Positions 56,850-64,000 of a stretch of 64,000 nucleotides of DNA are shown here, one piece after another. Numbering within the stretch: the stretch's first letter is position 1; every line of letters begins with the position of its first letter. The notes under the pieces were generated by a model. It was not told where the DNA came from and did no database searches. It was given only the letters and a program-made list of their open reading frames with translations. The DNA is from Phaeosaccion multiseriatum (lineage: Eukaryota; Protista; Ochrophyta, other classes): NCBI GenBank assembly GCA_965112735.1, contig OZ218962.1, forward strand, positions 1,798,001 through 1,862,000, given 5' to 3'. Made by a program: the position numbers and the translations under genes.

Positions 56850-59800
56850 ATGATCGTGACAAGGCGGATACTTGTGCTTGGTACCGCTCCCTGGCTGATC
56901 CGCTCCTTAAGCTTGCTCGCCTGTCTTCCCGCGTTCTCTACGTTCTCACACGCTTGCTCCGGATCTTCCACTGCGACTCCATCATATCGAGATATCGGGG
57001 GCGCAACGCGACCATTCAGCAGCACCCTTCGCGGTGAGAGCATGAGGTCGAGTGTCGGTACGGAGGGGGGGTCAGGAGGCAAGGATGCAAGCGCTTCTAC
57101 GGAAGCTGCGGCCAGGGATCTTGCATCTGTCTTCAGTCTGAGCAATGGCCTGTCCGAGGGGTGGGTTCTTCCGGACGGTCGTCTCATGCTGAAGCGATCG
57201 GCGAGAGATATTGATGGTGAGTGAGGGCTTAATAAATAGAACTGGGTGGTGAGATCATAGTAGACGAGAGGTCTTGAACGTGAGGAAGGGTTTAGTACTC
57301 CCTGAGTACTCGTAGAACTAATCCCTCACGCACTCAGTCGCAGACATGTTGATCTTGATGGTGAAGGATGGGTTCGTAGAAGTCTCGCTTCGGAAGGAGA
57401 GAGAAACCTGCGGTGTAGTTGAATTTGGATTGCGACGAGAGGAGGAGGAGAGGCCCAATTAGAGGCCCAATTACGTCGTGCAGAGAGGAGAAGAGTGGAC
57501 GAAAACAACACCCACACGCACTACCCTCCCATGTATGCAATTGATTGGGAGAATATCGTCGATATGTTTAGTGTCTTCATGCCTGCCCCTGTACGTGGTA
57601 CAGAACACGTCGATTGCCTGCCCTTCTCTCGCCGACCCTCCCTCGATCTCTCCCCCCCCATTCCCCTTCCCCCCAGGCAACAAGAACCGCAGCTTTGTGT
57701 ACTCCTTCGTACGTCGGATTGATACAGCCACAGCCGAGGAGGGGGGAGGACGAGGGCAGGGGCAACAGAGGCTAGAGCTGGCCTCTCCTTTCCCCCTGGA
57801 GCTGGAGGGAGCGCACGTCTTCAGCCCGTCACCCTCGGGTATGTCGGGAAAAGGAGGGAGGGAGGGAGGGAGGGAGGCATGGAGGGGATGAACGGGCGGA
57901 AGGGAGGAAGAGAATGAGAGCATGCATGCGTGCCTCTGTAGCGAGGATGGTCGGCAAGTGTAGTGTAGTTCCCCTCCCCCCTGTCTGTCATTTCCTCATG
58001 CGAGGTGTCCAAGTTGGGGCGTCCTCATCGCCCCCCTACCGCACCCCCCCCCCCCCTCCCCTCTTTCCTGCCTATCTCCCCCCTCCCCTCTCCTCCCTCC
58101 GCCCCTCCATCAACTGCCATCCACGCCCCCCCTCCCATCCACTGCCATCCCCAAGGTCGCAGACTCGCTGTGGTGAAGTCTTCAGCGAGTGCCAACGTGA
58201 GTGTGAGACAAACGAAACAAGAGGATAACAAGAGAGCAAGAACAACTCCCCTTTCCATCCTGTGCGTCACATGCTCCCCCCCACTACACCAACCACCCAA
58301 CCGACCTACCTACTACTACCCACTACCTACCCCATACCCCACACACACACAGGGCGGAGGGAAGGAAAGCACCACCTCCGAGTCATTCGTCATCGAGCTC
58401 TGGAGCACTGACCCTGCTGGTGAGATGGCGCTGGACAGCGGCAGATGGTACTATATGGCACTACGAGGGGGCACTGGATGGCAGTAGACGGCACTATAGA
58501 GCACTAGATGGCACTAGATGGCACTAGATGGCAGTAGATGGCACTAGAGGGCAGTAGATGGCACTAGAGGGCAGTAGATGGCACTAGAGGGCAGTAGATG
58601 GCACTAGAGGGCCATAGATGGCACCAGAGGGCCATAGATGGCACCAGAGGGCAGTAGATGGCACCAGAGGGCAGTAGATGGCACTACGATGGGGCACTGG
58701 AGGGCACTACATGGCACTAGACGGCCCTAGATGGCACTAGAGGGGACACCCTGACACTCTCACCTCTCACCTCTCACCTCTCGTCTCTACCCTTCCAAGC
58801 GCAGCGCTCATCTCTCATCCTGTGCTGTATGACCAACTGCTGTGCTGTGCTGTGGCCCATATGCCTCTGTGCACACAGATGGGGGCGGCCTCATCGCTCG
58901 AGTACCCACCGGGGCCGCACACGGAAAGGTGAGTGAGCGTTTGCTGCCATCCTCTCCCCCCCCACCCCCTGGGGATCTGTTTGTCTACGTGTCTGTCTGC
59001 CTGTCTGTCGGTCAATCTTCCTGTACCTCTACCCATACACCTCTACCCATACACCTCTACCCATACACCTCTACCCATACACCCCTACCCCCCCCGGTCC
59101 CTGGTCTTTCGGCCCCTCAGGTCCTGGGAAACGGCTGGTTCGGCGGTTTTAGTTGGACAAGCGATGAGAGGTCAGTGCCATACCGTGCCATACCGTGCCG
59201 TGCAGTGCCGTGCAGTTCTGCCTGCTGCACGTGTCTGTGCGTGTGTACGTGTATGTGTGTGCGTGTATGTGTATGTGTGTGCGTGCGTGTTTGTGTTGTG
59301 TGTGTTTCTTGGCATATTGAGCCTCTGTGTGTGTGTGTCCACCGCTCACGCCTCGCCCAGCACGCACGCACACACGCACGCACGCACGCACGCACACTCC
59401 TCCTCCTCCTCACACACACGCCTCTTAACCTCTGTCTTCTTTCTCTCCCCTCCCCCTCTGTCTTCTTTCTCTCCCCTTCCGCTCTGTCTTCTTTCTCTCC
59501 CCTCCCCCTCTGTCTTCTTTCTCTCCCCTCCCCCTCTGTCTTCTTTCTCTCCCCTTCCGCTCTGTCTTCTTTCTCTCCCCTTTCGCTCTCCCCCTCCCCC
59601 TCCTTCAGCGCCGCTGTCTATGTCGCCTCTAAGACACCACCCAAGACAAGATCCTTCTTCTCGACCGACAACGGCAAGAACAAGAGCAAGAGCAAGAGCA
59701 AGGAGGAGGAAGAGGTGAGGATGGCAGTGGATAGGGGGAAGAAGAGGAGGGCAGCCTGGACCGGTCTGGGCTGTGTATCTTGTTTCTCCCACCTCCACCC

Positions 59801-59887
59801 ACCCACCCACCTACCCACCCACCTCATCGTCCCCAGCGCAGCATACATTCAGTGCCATCCAGCTGCCTGCATGACCCATCTCTCTCC

Positions 59888-59919
<32 letters not shown>

Positions 59920-61277
59920 CCTCTCTCTATCGTCTCTCTCTCCCTCTCTCTCTCCCTCTCTCTCTCTTCTCTCTCTCCCCCTCTCTCTCTTTCTCCCTCT
60001 CTCTCTCCCTCTCCCCCTCTCCCTCTCCCTCTCCCTCTCCCTCTCTCTCCCTCTTTCTCTCTCTCTCCCTCCCTCTCTCTCACTCACTCACTCACTCACT
60101 CACTCTCTCTCTCTCGCGTAGGAGGACTTTACCCTACCCCCCTCCCTTTCTCCCTCCCTTTCTCCCTCCCTATCCCTACCCGCTCGTCCTCGGCTCTCGC
60201 CTGTCATCCTTGCATCAGCTTGCCTTTCCTCTGGGCCCACCTCTGTGTGTGCCGCCCCTTCCCTCCTTCCCTCCCTCCCTTCCCTCCTCCCCTCCCTTCC
60301 CTCCTTCCCTCCCTCCTTCCCTCCCTCAACATGCCCTCTTTGCTCCCTTGGATTTATGGATGTGTGTCTGTGCGTGGGTGTGTGTGTGTCTGTGTGTGCA
60401 TGCCTAAGGTGGTGGGTGGCCAATTCGAGTACCGAGAGGACTGGGGTGAGAAGTACACAGGTACAGTGGACCTCGGCCTATTTCTCGTCAGCTTCGACAC
60501 ACAAAAGGTACGGAGAGGAAGAGGAGAAGGATGGCAGAAGATAGGAGGAGGAGGAGGAGGAGGAGGAAGAGGAGGAGGAGGAGGAGGAGGAGGAGGAGGA
60601 GGAGGAGGAGGGGGTAGGGTTGGGGGGGGGAGGAGGAGGCGAAGAAGAAGCGAATAAACTGAAGCTGAAACTGCATCTGTATTGGGAGCTGTTGCCCTGC
60701 TGCTCCGCTCTGTGTGCTGTGCTGTGCTGTATCACCAACTGCTGTGCTGTGCTGTATCACCAACTGCTGTGCTGTGCCGTATCACCAACTGCTATGGTCT
60801 GCTGTATCACCAATTGCTGTGCTGTGCTGTATCACCAACTGCTGTGCTGTGCTGTTCGTCAGGTGATGGCGATACCAGGCGTGCCCGAGGGGGTGACACC
60901 GGGGCAGCCACAGGTGCGTGCGTCGTGTGTGTGATGCACTGTGGTGTATATCATCATAATGTTGATGGGATGGCAGCGGATGGTCAAGAGGAGTGTGGTG
61001 TATATCATAATGTGGATGGGATGGCAGCGGATGGTCAAGAGGAGTGTGGTGTATATCATAATGTGGATGGGATGGCAGCGGATGGTCAAGAGGAGTGTGG
61101 TGTATATCATAATGTGGATGGGATGGCAGCGGATGGTCAAGAGGAGTGTGGTGTACATCATAATGTGGATGGGATGGCAGCGGATGGTCAAGGGGAGAGG
61201 GGCAGTCACAGTTAGTGGACCTCTGTTTACATGTATGTCGGTTGCTTTTCTTCTCTGCCCGTGTGCCTGTGTCTGTA

Positions 61278-61373
<96 letters not shown>

Positions 61374-63146
61374 AGTTATGTCTATCACAATGCCTATATG
61401 CCTCTTTCTTCCGTCTATCTGACTGTCTCTGCCCACATACCTTTGTTTCTGCTGTCTGTATTTTGAAGGTACGACCTTCTTCTTGCTCCGCCCGAGACCA
61501 GCTCGACATCGTATACACGGGATGGGACAACGCGTAAGTAACGCCCAACTCTACTCTTATCTGGATATTGCACAAATATATATATACATATATATATACA
61601 TATATATATATGTATATATATGTATATATATATGTGTACATCAGTGTATCTAGCAGGTATCTCACTGATCTTTGGAGCGGACCTTATACCCCCCCCCCCC
61701 TCCTCCCTCCTCCCCGCCCTGCCCTGGTTTTCTCCGACCGACTGTATCACCAACTGCTGTATCACAGACCGCGTAAGCTGGGCATGATCTACTGCTACCA
61801 GCGCCCCTGCAAGCTCTACGCCACAGAAGCATCTGCGCTGCTCCGAGCTGAGGCAAAGGAGGAGCAGGAGGAGGAGAAGGAGGGGGAGACGAAGCAGGAG
61901 GCCAAGGAGGAGGAGGAGGAGGAGGAGGAGGAGGAGGAGGAGCACAGTAGTCTCACCCCAACAGCGAGGCTTTCGAGGTCAGCGAGATTCAGGTGAGAAG
62001 GAAGCAAGGAAGGAGGGGACGGAGGGAGAGGGAAGGAGAAGCAGAGAGCGGGGGTGGTGCTTCACTACGGCCTGACAGGGAGTGTGGCACAAATGGCGAA
62101 TGAATGATCAAAAGCGAAAGGGCTGTGTGTGTGTGTGTGTGTGTCCTACGCAGGGAAGGAAGGAAGGAAGGAAGGGATGAAGAAGACCGCTTGCCCTCAC
62201 GCTCATCCTCGTCTACCTGAGCATGCTGTGCCTTTTCCCCCGTGTTTCTTGCGTCTTCTTTGCCTGCCCCTATGCCCGTATGCTTCTGCCCATATGCCTA
62301 TGCCCATACATATATACATATGCCCATATGATTCTGCCCATATGCCTACTTTGCCTGCCCATATCCCTCTGCCCTTACGCCCGCCCTGTCTGCCCATACG
62401 TACGCCTCTGCTCTGCCCATATGCCTGCTTTGCCTACCCACGCTTACGCCTACACACCTGTGCCCTGTTCCACCCCCCCGCCTCCCTTCAGCCCCTGCGG
62501 ACGGCGTGTGGCATTCTTGTGCAGCGAGGAGGGCTTCGACACGCACAGCGGGCCCTTCGCACTACACACCGCAGAGTGGGTATCCCACGCACCCCGACCA
62601 CAGCAGGGTAAGCAGCAAGAGATGAGATGGGCTTGACGCTTGGAGCTCGAAGGTCCCGACATGCGAGCGAGCAAAGCAAGCAACGCCGGCAATATTGCAA
62701 GCAAGTTAATGGTACCCATTTTGTCCTCTCTCCCTCCTCTCTCTCTCTCTGTCTCTCTCCTTCACTTCCCACCTCTCTCTGTATCTCTCTCTTCCTCCCT
62801 CCCGCACGAACTGGAACTTCGAATTCGCAACACCGGTAGAGGGGTCAAGTAGCAGCAGCAGCAGTGTTGGTGGGCTTGGACCTCACAGGACCCTGGTGGG
62901 GACGGTGGAACGGCCTGAGATGGCAGCGGATGGTAAGATGGCCTTCCCCGGGCTATGGATGGACTCGTTACCGGGACAGTGCTGGAGCGAGGACTGCAAG
63001 AGCATCTTCTGTAGTAGCAGGTGAGTTGTGTCAATGAAGGGGGTGACGATGGCAGTTGATGGGCGATGGCAGTTGGTGGGGACGGTAGTCAGGTGGGTGG
63101 GGTGGTGGGTGAGTGGAGGGCTGGGTAAGTGGGTGCGTGGGGGATG

Positions 63147-63230
<84 letters not shown>

Positions 63231-64000
63231 TGTGCGTGTGCGTGTGTTTGTGGTGTGCGTGCGTGCGTGCGTGCGTGTGTGGTGTGTGCGTTTGTGTGCG
63301 TGTGTATGTTTTTATGGAACGTGTGTGTATGGAATGTGTGAGTGTGGTGTGTGTGTACGTGTGTGTGTACGTGTGTGTGTAATGTGTGTGTACGGAATGG
63401 GTGTGTGTGCACGGAATGGGTGTGTGTGTACGGAATGTGTGTGTGTGTGGAATGTGTGTGTACGAATGTGTGTGTGTACGGAACATGTGTGTGTGAAATA
63501 TGTGTGTGTGGAGTGTTTCTCACCATCTGTGCCCTGTGCACAAGAGACCCAACCAACCAACCAGACCACCTTTTTCCCTTACCCTTACCCTTCCCCTTAC
63601 GTAAGTATCCTCACCCTTAGTTGTTACACGCAATGCACTCACTCACTCACTCACTCACTCACTCACTCCCAACTGTGCGCTGCCTCTTGCTTTGTCTTGC
63701 TTGTGTCCGTCTCGCTCAGCTGGGGAAGCGTGGGGACGGTGCTGAAGATCGATGCTGAGACAGGAGCTGTACAGAGGATGCCTCTCGCTGCCAAGGCTGC
63801 GGTTGGTCATACAGGTGGGTGAGACGCTGGTGCCAGCGGTGAGGAGGGAGGGGGGGGGGGGGGGTGGCAAGGTCCATGGTCAATGGGTGATAAGCAAAAG
63901 GGGTCAATGGTCCAATGCGGTCGTTGGGTCAAGCGTCAGAGGAGCTCACTCCTAGCGGGCTTATCTCTTGCTCCGTTCCTCCCTCCCTCCCCTCCCTCCC
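56850..64000 (+). CDS. APEH: Acylamino-acid-releasing enzyme (S9C acylaminoacyl peptidase), 5' part; runs off the window
   Basis: Exons give SPFPLEL..SPSPSGRRLAVVK, HGKVLGNGWFGGFSW, FEYREDWGEKY, TPGQPQ, VYTGW..PRKLGMIYCYQRPCKLY and SARFSPCG...DTHS. The N-terminus looks like a targeting peptide. The catalytic domain is not in the window. Confidence 0.85.
58475..58742. repeat. 10/20-bp satellite (GATGGCACTA/GAGGGCAGTA)n in an APEH intron
   Basis: Directly visible; a variant of the dispersed GATGGCAGTG unit. Confidence 0.9.
60715..60855. repeat. ~25-bp tandem repeat CTGTATCACCAACTGCTGTGCTGTG x5 just before an acceptor site
   Basis: Copies at about 60727, 60752, 60777, 60802 and 60827. Confidence 0.9.
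60940..61191. repeat. 51-bp minisatellite x5 in an APEH intron
   Basis: Unit GTGGTGTATATCATAATGTGGATGGGATGGCAGCGGATGGTCAAGAGGAGT. Confidence 0.95.

Overview
Eukaryotic, intron-rich, microsatellite-dense genomic DNA. The gene content suggests a photosynthetic stramenopile or brown-alga relative (inference only). Most ORFs in the track are repeat artefacts, so genes were rebuilt by hand from GT-AG exons. Genes in order: 3' part of a SET/Rubisco-LSMT-like methyltransferase (+), STN1/RPA2-like OB-fold protein (+), a low-complexity polyQ protein (+), TDP1-like phosphodiesterase (+), tubulin-tyrosine-ligase-like gene (+), a RING-finger remnant (-), an intronless WRWQDGT beta-propeller/mucin-stalk membrane protein (-), a ferric reductase/NOX-like gene (+) with a 5'-deleted Copia element in intron 2, a CaMK-like kinase (+), a NEK1-like kinase (-) and the 5' part of an acylaminoacyl-peptidase (APEH, +). 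Mobile DNA: one 4.6-kb 5'-truncated CRE-like (RT + restriction-like endonuclease) non-LTR element with an 11-bp TSD, plus four 3' fragments of two CRE-like families. Three of those fragments are stacked head-to-tail against an ~850-bp (CCT)n tract. The most unusual signal is a set of dispersed, non-simple short motifs (CAGTTGGTGATACAG, GGATGGCAGTGG, GCCCATATGCCT) that recur in unrelated host genes and were not seen in the transposon ORFs. For the first two, orientation depends on exon/intron position. Coordinates of spliced genes are spans, with manually inferred boundaries.
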